A stretch of 64,000 nt of DNA. It comes from Priapulus caudatus. Taxonomy: Eukaryota. Shown here piece after piece: positions 1 to 12,391 of the stretch. The notes under the pieces were generated by a model that did not search any database, was not told the origin of the DNA, and worked only from the letters and a program-made list of their open reading frames with translations. The stretch spans positions 525,311 through 589,310 of the forward strand of contig NW_014577075.1 of assembly GCF_000485595.1 (NCBI RefSeq). The letters are read 5' to 3'. The translations under genes were made by a program, and so were the position numbers. How positions within the stretch are numbered: the stretch's first letter is position 1; each line of letters opens with the position of its first letter.

Positions 1-150
1 CACTGGGAGCGGGGACAGTCCGCTATTTCTCACGAGCGAGCATAGATCTATCATGATCGGTGATGATCCTACACTGGGAGCGGGGACAGTCCGTTATTTC
101 TCACGAGCAAGCAGAGATCTATCATGACCGGTGATGACCCTACTGGGACC
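1..150. repeat. 71-bp tandem minisatellite (cactgggagcggggacagtccgctatttctcacgagcgagcatagatctatcatgatcggtgatgatccta)
   Basis: Unit restarts at 1 and 72. The same unit recurs at ~7593-7730 and, noisily, at 10121-10520. Confidence 0.9.
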
Positions 151-628
151 GGGAGATGGGTGACAATCACCGTGACGAATCTCAACGCGTCGTAAATTCG
201 GATGAACGTTACAAACGTAGCGATCTTGCCACAGGGTTAGGACAGACTACTGTATCCCTTAGCCTGTGGTTGCGTGTTTGTAAGTCTACAGCCAGCGCAC
301 CAAGCGGAAGTGAACTGAATCGTGCATGTTTTCCAGAGAGATTTTCCATTCGACTTTCTAAATATGGTTTTTTATAAACATTTAACCCAATAAATAACAA
401 AAAGCAAAGTGTTAGAATCGAACCTGATGCGTAGGAATGAAGCACGAAAAATTTCAGCCGGATTCGTACACGCGCCTAGAAGTTATGCAGGAACAAACAG
501 AACGACGCTACTCAAATTATTATATAGATTACAATAATGTTATTAATATATACAGCTCCGTGAATGATTGTTATGATTGCAAATTAAGATGGCCGACAGT
601 TGGCGCCATCATGTAGGAGAATACTCAC

Positions 629-823
629 ACAGCGTTAGCTTCTCGCCGGACTCTGGAGGAAGCACGAAGACGAGTAACGTCATTCCGGAGATTAAAAAGC
701 ACGGTATCAGCAGGTTAAACAGGTAGTACAGCACGCGTCGGCGTATCACCACTGTAAACGTCACGTCCGGATACGGTTCCGGGCAGCAGGCGTACTTGAG
801 GACACTTCTCTTACCAGGTATCT
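629..823 (-). CDS. CHRNA7-like: nAChR alpha7-like subunit, exon 7 (loop [10 protein letters not shown]1, M1-M2 linker GEK); gene continues beyond the window start
   Basis: Acceptor gtgttcgcAG, donor GTGAGT, 195 bp as in CHRNA7 exon 7. Vicinal cysteines define an alpha subunit. Hydrophobic M1 ([23 protein letters not shown]). Confidence 0.95.
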
Positions 824-1341
824 CTGCGAACACAGGTGTGACGTTCGGGTTTGTATAAGACGGCACAGGTGACGTTAGCGTGATACATGTATCGCACAAT
901 TGCTACGTTTAGGCGAGAGGTAGATCGGTCGACGCGTTCGGACCATATACGTGATAGAAATCTACGTAAACATTTATCGACATACGTACACGAATTATCG
1001 TTCGTGTTTTGTGCTAATATACTCCACTTTTAACCAGATCATCGCAAATCTTAACGAACGTATGTGCAAAAAAGTTTGACCTTGATACTGCGCCAAAAAT
1101 CATGCAGTGTCATGTAGTACATGTAATGGCTAATGGCTGTGCTAACTTTATTAGTCTATTTGAGTCTGCGGCAAACCGACAAGGCCGCCTATAAATCTAG
1201 CCGATGAACGTTACAATCGTCTCGTAGACCATATCGCAAACATTTCGTCGGATCGCTCAATTTCGAAACAAATTTACGAGAGTCAATATGCGGACGAACA
1301 TCGCGGTCGAACGTTCGCGTAATGGCGGCGTCTATGTATAC

Positions 1342-1457
1342 CGATGAGATCCCACTCGCCGTTCTCTATGAAGGAGTCGGTGTCACCCTGATCCATTAAT
1401 AGTTGGAGGTCGACTCGGTAGCCGTCGTACGTCCACGAGCCGAACTTCATGATGCAT
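1342..1457 (-). CDS. CHRNA7-like: nAChR alpha7-like subunit, exon 6 ([38 protein letters not shown], second Cys-loop Cys, loop B)
   Basis: Acceptor ttttttatctgaacgacAG, donor GTATAC, 116 bp, phase 2/1. Completes the C-x13-C Cys-loop with exon 5. Confidence 0.93.
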
Positions 1458-1595
1458 CTGTCGTTCAGATAAAAAAGCAAGCGATTATCATTAGTTAAAC
1501 GACAAGGAAAATAACGGCTATACGCGAGAGACAAGTCGAGCAAACGCCGTTACGCGGACAGATATATAGATAAAAGGACTCTAAAGCTGCCATCA

Positions 1596-3416
1596 TCTAC
1601 TATATAATAGTGGAAAGAGCCGAAGTGTCGTTTTACGTATCTCCTCCGAAACCGTGCCGCGTGGGCTCGCGCGAATCGAGCTGGGGCCCCTTCTGGGCGT
1701 CGCGACTAGATTCCGCTACGTTAGAACGCGATTTTTCCATCGTAAACTGACTTTTTGAGGCAATTTTCTAAAAAGTTATGTGCCCGAAGAAACTTCGGCA
1801 TTCATCGGCGCAAACCCGCACCAACTTTTAAGATCGCAAAATCCGCATGCGCATGCAGTCCAAGCAGAGTACGTGAATCACCTTGTGATTGACGTGCTCT
1901 CATCGCATTTAATTAGGTGGGTCCTTCACCTAGCATAGCAAGCCACACTAAACGCACGTACGGCACGCACGCACGCCCACCGGCACGCGCACACCAAAGC
2001 CATTGCGGCTGCGGTGTATAAACAGCCAATCACTGCCGCGCATAGCTGTGAGGCGAACATTTAAGACAACCCCCCAACGAGAGACGGCTGCAGTTGTATG
2101 TGTATGTGTGTGTGCGTCGGCGTGTGTGCGAGTGCGCGTGTGCGTGTGCGTGTGCGCGCCCGTCTGTGTGTAAATGTCGTATGTGTGTGCGTGGGTGCGT
2201 GGGTGCGCGTGTCATTGTGCGTGCGCATGCCCGTATGCGTGTGAATGCGATGTGTGCGTGCGTGCGTGCGTGCGCGCGTGTGTCATGTATGTGTGCTCAC
2301 GTGTGTGCAAATATTTCACAACGGGAGGTGTAACCGTGTCCGCCGCCGTCCACTGACTTTCAAGAAAATATATCTTTCCAAACTACTCAATACATTTTTT
2401 TTAAAGAATGATATAGCCATACTAAATGCAGCTTAAATTCAAAGGTAGGCCTATCTATAATATAATAGTAGAAAGAGCCGAAGTTTCGTTTTCCGTATCT
2501 CCTTCGAAACCGTGCCACGTATTCGTACGCGAATCGAGCTGACGCCTCTTCTGGACGTCCCGAATACATTCCGCTACGTTAGAACGCGATTTTTCGATCG
2601 TAAAGTGACTTTTGGAGGCAATTTTCTCAAATGTTATGTGCCCGAAGAAACTTCGGTGTATAAACACTAATCACTGCCGCGCACAGCTGTGAGGCGAAAA
2701 TTTAAGACAAACCCCAACGAGAGACGGCTGCAGTTTTATCTGTGTATATGTGTATGTGCGTGTGGGCGTGTGCGTGCGCGTATGTATGCGTGTGTGTGCG
2801 TGTGCGTGTATGTGTGTGCGCGCCCGTGTATATAAATTGGTATGTGTGTGCGTGCGCATGCCCGTATGTGTGTGAATGCGGTATGTGTGTGCGTGCGCGC
2901 GTGTGTGAATATATTGCTTTCATTCTGTCACAGTTGCGCTGGCCCAAGCTAGAGGCTCTCTATACAGAATTAATCCCGTATAAATAAAGGAATTCCAGGA
3001 TAGGTTTTATCGCAGTGTCATCTATCAATGCGTCGAAAAACGTGACTATAATTAATTGCGGGTAATGTAGCGCGCGTGTGAGCTCAGTTGTAAAGTATTT
3101 AATTCGCAGGTATATCTAAAATACAAATCTGTATTAAAGTGAATATTTCACCAATTTCAACAACTTGAAAATTACCATACATTTAACATTTACGCCGTTA
3201 TATCACATAAAATAGCAATTGACATGTTAGAACGCAGCCATATTTTGTTATTTTCCGAAAATTTAATTTGTAAATAGCGACAGACACAACTGCGTCTAAT
3301 TCTGACAAATATGACACAATCTTTTTCATGCAGTCTGGTGCAGATTTTCGGCAATAGCTACAGTCTAGGGAGAGCCCGCAGTATGTAGGCCGTCGAAGTT
3401 TGTGACCACCCGCTAG
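1596..3416 (+). mobile_element. Two related Helitron-like non-autonomous elements (starts at 1596 and 2454) with internal TG/CG microsatellites
   Basis: 1596-~1800 and 2454-~2657 are homologous, as are ~2020-2290 and ~2660-2905. Both begin a|TCTA(C/TAA)TATA..ATAG, resembling a Helitron 5'-TC end. Candidate 3' end cccgCTAG|t at 3413-3417. The duplication is seen directly; the family is inferred from the termini only. Confidence 0.5.
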
Positions 3417-6400
3417 TCATCGCTTTATTTATTTGTCTCGTCAAATTTCCACTATCTTAGGAAAACTTCCGCCATCACCTATTCAATCGATGGAAAGCAC
3501 TTAAATTCAGTGTGCCGTTTGCTGTTCGCGGCCCGCCTGTCTGTAGGTCGTGCGGTTGCTTCTGCCCGCCACAACATATTCTGTAATATAGCAGCCGCTC
3601 CCGTCGTCACGTGTCGCATGCGTTACTGCATGCGTTATGCTGCGCATGCGTTAGCTACTGTTCACGCGTGGTTGCTCGTGTGAGCGCCTGTGTCCTCATA
3701 AATCGGTAAATATCTTATCGACAAAAGCCGCTTTTTGCGATACGTAACCGAGCTCAACTGGCTGCCGTTCCCGGAAAGAAAGAGGTCTATTTATAATTCA
3801 TAGTATTTGTATATTATGTACTTAGATGCATTTGGAATATTTGGATAATTTTTTGTCAAGCGTCTGTACCGTATTGCGTCGCTTGCAATACAGTTGTCAT
3901 AAGAGATTGAAGAGTGTTCCTGTGACCACCAAGCAACGATGGATGTAGTATTGATATAAACTCTCTCATTGACAATCACCCCCTAAATGAATCATCTATA
4001 TGGCGAAGGGCATGCAGCGTAACGAAATAACGCGTACGGTCGCGGTCTGCTCATTCCTGGTTAGAAACGCATTTATAACATGGCGGCATCATCATTTCAC
4101 AGATTACTCGATGTTAGACGTAATGCGTCTGCAAATGCTGCATCACCTTGAAGAAACGCCAGACGCGATCGCAAATGTTTCTCCGTCGACAGTTGCGTCC
4201 TTTGCGCGATATGCAAATCACGGCCGCCATTTGAGAGTGGCTTCGCCACGGCAGTTTATGAAACGGTGTGCGATGTGGTTGATGGGATTATGTATGAAGC
4301 TGCGACGCACTTACAAATACGGGTTATTGGAGAAATCGATGGAGGATTTAAACGCATTTAAACTATTTTGATTTTTTTCGCTGACAGACAGAATATCAGG
4401 GAGAGAGTATGGGGAGTTAGTTGTAGAGTTTCAATGTGTGTAATTATGTGTGCGCTCACGGGCAATTAAGGCTTTCCATTTAGTAACGAATTTTATATTA
4501 TTTTTAATTAAACTATAAATTAGTCGTGATTCGTAATTAGCGTGATAGTTACGTCAAGAAAGACCTTATTACGATATTAGGTATGGTTAATTGATGTTAT
4601 CAGTTTGGTTGTTTCGCATTTATATTCGACTAATTAATATGATGAGACCATTTTTGCAACGCGGTTATAAAAAATTGTAATTACTCCCTTTTTACTGATT
4701 TTACTCTATGAAGCCGTATCCTATATCCGAATAGCACACCACACAAACACACACACGCGCGCGCACGCACACAAGCACGCACGCACGCACGCACACACAC
4801 ACGTGCAATAAGGATAGTAATTCTTAAATCAGTGAATAGAATTGCGTTTTTATGAAAGGCGTAAGCATAATAAGTGAGGCATCGCCGTAATATAGCTTTA
4901 GCGTATATTATAGAATGCTGCATGGTAAAGTAAATTATTGCTTACCTATTATTTATTACTATAGATTATTGCAGGCAGACTTACTTTTATCTATGCTATC
5001 GGTGACACTATATCATAACGTAGGTTAATGGTGATAGTGTGCAAAAAATGATGAGTAAGTTGCAGAACCGTTTAGTTTTTATGGAGTAAACGGACGAAGT
5101 TTGTCTTCTGTTTGTCTTAATGTACTTGCTTGACCCGGGCCCCGTTGTCATTATGGCAATTGCAAACAAAGCGTGACACGGTTGGCGGAAATCTGCGAGC
5201 TGATTGGCTAATTCTGGTTTCCGTGTTTGAACAAATTCTGTCGTTGTATAAATTAAAATTACTTTGGCCTAAAATCAGGCGTAGTGTAGATAAATTAAAT
5301 AGATAGATAAATAGTATAGATTAATGACACAAGAAGAACTACGAGAATAAGAGAGAGAGAGAGAGAAAGAGAGAAGAAAATAGTGGCTAACAGTGAACTT
5401 ATCGACGCCTGATCAGTCTGTTGTCGGCGAAGATCAACACAGCAAATCGATAAAAAAAAGGCAGAATTACTGAGGAATTTCTTACCGTCCTTTCACTATC
5501 AACAGCGCCATCGGTTTCACGCCACCAGTGCGCGTGCACCGTGCATAGCGAGGCCCTAAAACTCAAACTATACGACAATGTCATGCAGCAGTTAACCTGC
5601 TGTTAATCGGTGACTGCCCGCTAGTCCGAAGGCTCGCTAGTCCGAAAACCGCTGTTAATCCACCTTCGCGCGCGATCAACATAAGTTTGGCCGCAGGCCG
5701 CGTATGCGCAGCAGGTCTTACTAGAAATTTGAGTTGAAAATTAAAATTGATCGCAAGAGCGAATTGTTAACGAGGTGAAATTGTCGTACGAAGTTTCGAC
5801 ATGAATCATCGTCGAGCCTGCGGCTTTTCGACGATGTTGCTTTGTGCGAGAACGCAGCGTTGCATGCTGTGCATCTGTCACCGTAGAACGAGAACGCAAT
5901 ACGAGAGGAGCTTAATGGCCTCGTCGCCGAGCAACCCCCTGAAATGCTGCGTCTTAGTTCTTAGGGCGGCTTCGCTTTGTCGGATTCGCTTTGTTGTGAG
6001 ATTTTCTTGTCGACTCCGAGCGCGTGAGGTAGAACTGCGTAAGACATTTCTATCGCTAAGATGAGTCGAGCAATGATGAGGATCCCCTGGGAGCCTCGCC
6101 TGCGCGCAAGCGTGTATAGCATATGGTCAATATTGGACAGCAGCGAGTCGGAAATAGTGTACTAACAAAAGCATCCCGAATGCTCTCGCTCGATTTATTT
6201 TCTCAATCAACGCTCATCATTTGATCGACGGCGGCGATGAATAACATTCGTCACACAAACCACACACGATTTAAATTCGTCGAAACCCACGGTTGGTTAT
6301 ATGGCGGCGGGGGCAATAAACGTTTGGAAAGCCGTGCGAGCGTTCTGGCATTTACAGATTTGATGTAGATTTTGACAGCGTTCTTGATTTTACACGTCGT

Positions 6401-6809
6401 TTTTGCTCGGGCCGGAACGGAAGAAAATCAAGTTGGAAAGTGTAAACTGTCAAGAATGAATTGCGGTAAAGCCAAATATCGTTTTAAAATAATAATCTCA
6501 TTTTTTGTTAACGCGCGCTTTCAAATAGCGAAAATGCAATAGATGAAACTAATCATCCTGAACAGTGGGTCTGCGCGAATGCACTCTGAGAATCTTGCAT
6601 AGCAGATTGAACGCCATCTTCCCATCAATAGCTACAATGCAGCTTGGGTGCTGTAAAAACACCCGGTTCAAGGCCTTTCTATTATAAAGTCAGTGTTATT
6701 TTTTTCATTTCAATTACTAACCGGACCTTTCAATCTGACGGAGTTTTTATTATTGCCTCGTGCGTGCACACATTATAAGTGCCCACGCTCTAGAGGGCGA
6801 GGACACACA

Positions 6810-6863
<54 letters not shown>

Positions 6864-7592
6864 AACAAACACGCACGCACGCACGCACGCACACGCGCGC
6901 GCAGACGAGTGATGCGTAGCATATATATATATATAATATATATATGCCGTTAGTAGTTAACGAATTTTAGTCAATCAATCCAAAATCCGCAAAAAATTTC
7001 CATTTTTGTAGAAAATGACGTTTTCAAATAATGCTGTTAGTAAATTCGTGTTGCATCTTTTCAACTACATCGACTCCGCGTAATCTAAAAATAAGCTAAT
7101 TAAATAGAGTACAACATCGTAAATTCATGAGCAAACGTTTAGGTTCGCAATTTACTTTCAATGGCAGCACAGTGTATGCTGCGATAACTGTTATTTCTCG
7201 TGTTTGGTAGATGAAGTTGTCTATATGAAGCGAACTTTATCGACATGAAATCACCAAGCCAACGTTTTTAGGAATAATTTCCCAAACTGTATAACATCGT
7301 TTTAGCGCGCGTACTGCCCATAAAGCTTATCGGCGAGGCATTAACCAATTTTAGGAACATCAATGCAACCATATACCACAGGATTAAGAATATTATTTTA
7401 TGCCCCTGTGTTTACGTAGTGCGGTTATTCGGCGGACAAGATGCTGTTACATGGAGCGGATAGGGAATAGTGACATTTACTACGACGCGTGCATGAGTCT
7501 CTCGCCTGAGTAATCTCTCGTTGCTCAGATCTTATGTCCGCCAATGTTAGTGAAATAAAAAATGTTCATGCTACAAGTGCTGTCACGAAGCA

Positions 7593-7730
7593 GACAGTCC
7601 GCTATTTCTCACGAGCGAGCATAGATCTATCATGATCGGTGATGATCCTACACTGGGAGCGGGGACAGTCTGCTATTTCTCACGAGCGAGCATAGATCTA
7701 TCATGATCGGTGATGATCCTACACTGGGGA
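7593..7730. repeat. Second locus of the 71-bp minisatellite (~2 clean copies)
   Basis: Direct match to positions 1-150; degrades into noisy sequence after ~7730. Confidence 0.9.
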
Positions 7731-10095
7731 GCAGCCCCCGAGAAGCAGAGTTTCTCAATAGTGTATCCAGTTGTCTTTATCGCACCTGTAAGTTTATTTC
7801 TCACGATCTAGTTTGACAGTGCTATCTCAACTGAGGGCGAACATAGATACTATCAATGACTTTATAGCTTACCGCTAGGTAATAAGAAATAGGCGCAATT
7901 ATCACAAAATGTGAACGTCGGTCCCTAGTGTACCACTAACTGTAGTGAATAGCTCTATATAATATATATATATATATAGTGTGTGATGATGGTACTAAGA
8001 ATATCTTATATATCTATATATACTATTATATTTCGTTCAATTAATATATTATTAGTACTAGTCACGTACCACGTTTACTCCACCAACGTTCCACCAGAGT
8101 TTCTAGCAAGTCTTATCGTCAGCCTGAGTTCACTAGATCTCACGACGAAGGAAATGCTTTAAAGTGCCACATAGGAAACTTCGCCAAATTTCCAGCTTGT
8201 AAAGTATTCTCATGTCTGATAAGCAGGCCCACGTTGACGTCTATGCGCTAGGCCCGCAATATGTGTCCAGGTGGTTCATACACTGCTCACTTAAGCAATT
8301 CGTAATCTACTGAATTAGTTGTATGATTATGAAGGCGTGCGTATATCTTATTTTCAAATTAACGAACAATATCTCTGCAACGATATTTGCATTTTATATA
8401 TAACAACTTTTTGCGGCGGCACTTTCTCAAATTAATCTGTTAGCTGAGCCCTAGTGAGAATCGCCTATAATAGCTTATTCATGCGAGAAAATTCATTTAT
8501 CTATATTCTATATTTCCTTTATACTATCAACTGTAGTGGTAAAGACAAGATACCCACTACAGAGGATCCAGGAATCGCGAGAGTCAGGACGGCCCCTAAG
8601 CGAGTAAACTGCAACTATCGTGATCACGTAGCTTCTGGCAGGTTAGACTGCAGCACAAACACACACTCGTCGACGTCACCTTATTGCCTGTGAGGCGCGC
8701 CGGGACAGATTCGCTTAGCTCACTCTCCTTACAGACTCCCGCAGCTTTCTGTACGACAACCTCCACCTCCTTAGCTCGGCAACATCAGGTGGTCCAACAC
8801 TGCGCCGATCTAGGCAATGCTCACTCGAGATATAGCGATTCTTATAAAATCCACTGATGTAGACACTCGGCCACAGGATTGTAGGTTGACATATCCTTTT
8901 AACGTTTTAAACTTCTGGGGTTTTGTTTTGGCAGTGGTTGTGGAATTAGCGTGTTTGCCCAAGATGGATATGGAGGAAGGGAGGATACAAAAGGCAAATA
9001 CAGTACCTGCGTCATAATTGTATACTAATACCAGAAAAAGGAAAACATGAACTAGAACAGGGCAGATGGTAGAAGTAGGCTGATGATAGCAAGATTTGAA
9101 AAATCTAAGGAGAGTACGATAGACGCCACTTGGAGAACAGCCACAGCAGCGACTTTTGTAACATAATGCGTAGAAAATAAACAATTTAACGACTGTAATT
9201 TAGAAAATTAGAGATTAATTCTTGCCAATTCTTTTCTTATCCGCATTCTGGTACCCATTATTGCATATTCCACAGCACGGTAATACCTGATTTACGCGTG
9301 GACACTCGCCCACGACTAACTGTAAAAACGTAATTGTACAGACCTTACCCAGGCGTATCGGAGTCCTATAGGCCTGTATCAACCAGGAATGTGGACCTCA
9401 AGGAAATCGATTCACACGACATTTCTGCGCACATCTCGATCATCGCTGGGATAATACTCGGGCTTTTTTAGTATACGTCCTATTTTGTGTATTTTCCTCA
9501 CTATAGCTGTTTATGTTCCTGTATAATTATCCTTGTAATATAAAAGATTTAGTGCAAATTACTCTAAGTCTCGTCATTCCGTACTTAGCTCTTAACTGGC
9601 TACTCTTTATACGTCCTACTCACTCCTCAGTGTGTCCGCTGGTCACTCGTCCTATTATATATTTAATAGGCTCAGGCTACAGGTCACATATGTGATGCCT
9701 ATAGTCTTATCTCTGCGCTTTCATTTGCGCATCCTACAGCCCATTCGGTGTATCTGTAGGCATAAGAGAGCGAGCATAGATTATAACTAACTTCTATGGG
9801 TAAAATATTCACTCGTATGAGACTTAACGACTCTCAAAGAGTGAGAATGACGTTATAGCTAACTGAGCGCGTGGCGAAGCTATCAAGAACTGTATGTGTG
9901 GCTGTGTGCTGTGTGTTGTGTAGTGTTGTGTGAGTGCTGTTGTGTGTGTGGTGTGTGGGATGTGTGTGTGTGCTGTGTCGTGTGGTGGTGTCCGTACTGA
10001 CGCTCCTCATGACTGTTATACTGTTACTCCTCGAAAAGTGTTCATAATAACCAGTCTGGCAGATCCACTTACAAGAAAAGTTGGACTTGGCCATA

Positions 10096-10120
10096 NNNNN
10101 NNNNNNNNNNNNNNNNNNNN
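10096..10120. other. Assembly gap, exactly 25 N (another 25-N gap at 60537-60561)
   Basis: N run. Confidence 0.99.
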
Positions 10121-11971
10121 AGCGAGCCAAAGTCTATCAGATCGTTGATGATCTACATGGGGAGGCGGGGACAGTCTTGCTATTTCTCACGAGCGAACAG
10201 AGACTATCATGACGGTTGATGTAGCCACACTGGAGCGGGACAGTCCGCTATTCCTAAGCACGAGCAGAGATACTAGATCACATGATTCGTGAATGAATCC
10301 TACACTGGGAGCGGGACAGCTGCTATTCTCACAAGAGCGAACACGATACCATCATGATCGGTGATGATCCATATGGGAGCGGACAGTCTGCTATCTTCTC
10401 AGAGCGAGCAAGATCTATCACGGATCGGGTGATTGATCCTTACACTGGAGCGGGGACAGTCGTCTATTTCTCGACAGCAAGGCAATGATCTATCATGACG
10501 GTGATTGACCTACTGGGGACCGGGAGATGGTGTGACAATCACGTCGAGAATCTCAACGCGTTCGTAAATTCGATGAACGTTACAAAGTAGCCAGATCTTG
10601 CCACAGCGGTTAGGACAGTTACTGTATCCCTTAGGCTGTTGGTTGCGTGTTTGTAAGTCTACTAGCCAGCGCACCAAGCCGGAAGTGAACTGAAATCGGT
10701 GCATGTTTTCCAGAGAGATTTTTCCATTCGACTTTGTCTAAATATGTTGTTTATATACATTTAACCAATAAATAACAAAAAGCAAAAAGTGTTAGATCGA
10801 ACCTGATGCGTAGGAATGAAGCACGAAAAAATTTCAGCCGGATTCGTACACGCGCCTAGAAGTTATGCATGGAACAACAGAACGACGCTACTCAAATTAT
10901 TATATTAGATTACAATAATGGTTTTAATATATACAGCTCGTGGAATGATTCTTATGATTGCAAAATAAGATGGCGACAAGGTTTGGCCGCCATCATGTAG
11001 GAGAATACTCACACAGCGTAGCTCCTCGCCGGACTTCTTGGAGAACACAAGACGACGTTAACGTCATTGCCGGAGATTAAAAATCACGGTATCAAGCAGG
11101 TTAAACAGGTAGTACAGCACGCGTCGGCGACACCACTGTAAACGTCACGTCCGGATACGGTTCCGGGCAGCAGGCGTATTGAGGACATTCTCTTACCAGG
11201 TATCTCTGCGAAACACAGAGTGCTGACGTTCGGGTTTGTATAAGACGGCACAGGTGACGTTAGCGTTGATACATGTATCGCACAATTGCTACGTTTAAGG
11301 CGAGAGGTAGTATCGGTCGACGCGTTCGGACCATTACGTTGATAGAAATCTCGTAAACATCTTATCGGACATACGTACACGAATTATCGTTCCGTGTTTT
11401 GTGTAATATACTCCACTTTTACCAGATCATGCGCCAAATCTTAACGAACGTATGCTGCAAAAAGGTTTGACCTTGATACTGCGCCAAAAAAATCATGCAG
11501 TGATCATGTTAGTACATGTAATGGCTAATGGCTGTGCTAACTTTATTAGTCTATTTGGAGTCTGCCGGCCCAAACGACAGGCGCCTATAAATCTAGCCGA
11601 TGAACGTTACATCGTCTCGTGACATTATCGCAATACGATTTTCGTCGATCGCCTCAATTTTCAAAACAAATATTACGAGAGTCAATATGCGCGGACGAAG
11701 CATCGCGGTCGAACGTTCGGCGTAATGGCTGCGTGCTATGGTATACCGATGAGATCCCTTCGCCGTTCGTCTATGAAGGAGTCGGGTGGTCACCCTGATC
11801 ATATATAGTTGGAGGTCGACTCGGTTTAGCCGTCGTACGATCCACGAGCCTGGAACTTCATTATGCATCTGTCGTTCAGATAAAAAGCATAAGCGTGATT
11901 ATCATTAGTTAAACGACAAGGAACAATACACGGTATCACGCGAGAGACAAGTCGGCAAACGCCGTTACGCG
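10121..11971 (-). pseudogene. Frameshifted duplicate of ~1-1558, including copies of exon 7 (~11013-11205) and exon 6 (~11747-11868); probably an assembly artefact
   Basis: Colinear with the 71-bp array, introns and both exons. Differences are mostly scattered 1-2 nt indels that break the frames. Starts right after a 25-N gap and ends in low-complexity noise. Confidence 0.8.
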
Positions 11972-12360
11972 GGGGGAGCGTGACGAGAGAGAGAGACAGA
12001 CAGCATGAGGAGAAAGAGAAGCAAAGAGAGAGAGAGAGAGAAGAGAAATAGAGAGAGAGAGAGAGAGAGGAGAGAGGGAGAGAGAAGAGTAGAGCAGTGT
12101 GTGTGTGTGTGTCGTGTGGTGTGCCGTGTTGTGTGTGTGTGTGTGTGTGTGTGGTGTGTTTGTGATGAGGAGAGCAGAGAGTTGTGTGTGCGCTGTGGTG
12201 TGGTGGTGTGTTGTGTGTCGTGTGTGTGTGTGTGTGGGTGGGTGTGGTGTGTGCTGTGAGAGAGAGAAGAGAGCAGATAGGAGAGAGAGATGGTGGGGGA
12301 TGTGTGACGCACTGCAGAAGATGAGATATATAGAGAGAGCGACGGATCCGAGAGCGAGAT

Positions 12361-12391
<31 letters not shown>

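Noticed and set aside
1..150. 71-bp, 44-bp (29407-29660) and 27-bp arrays as possible CRISPR arrays
   Set aside because: Head-to-tail tandem units with no unique spacers, no cas genes, and a eukaryotic intron context.
6625..6680. B-box-like GGTTCAAGGCC suggesting a tRNA or SINE
   Set aside because: No cloverleaf structure or convincing A-box.
7730..10095. ORFs at 8454-9695, and M2-M3 exons possibly hidden here
   Set aside because: No recognisable protein or nAChR transmembrane motifs. The sequence looks like low-quality gap-fill next to a 25-N spacer.
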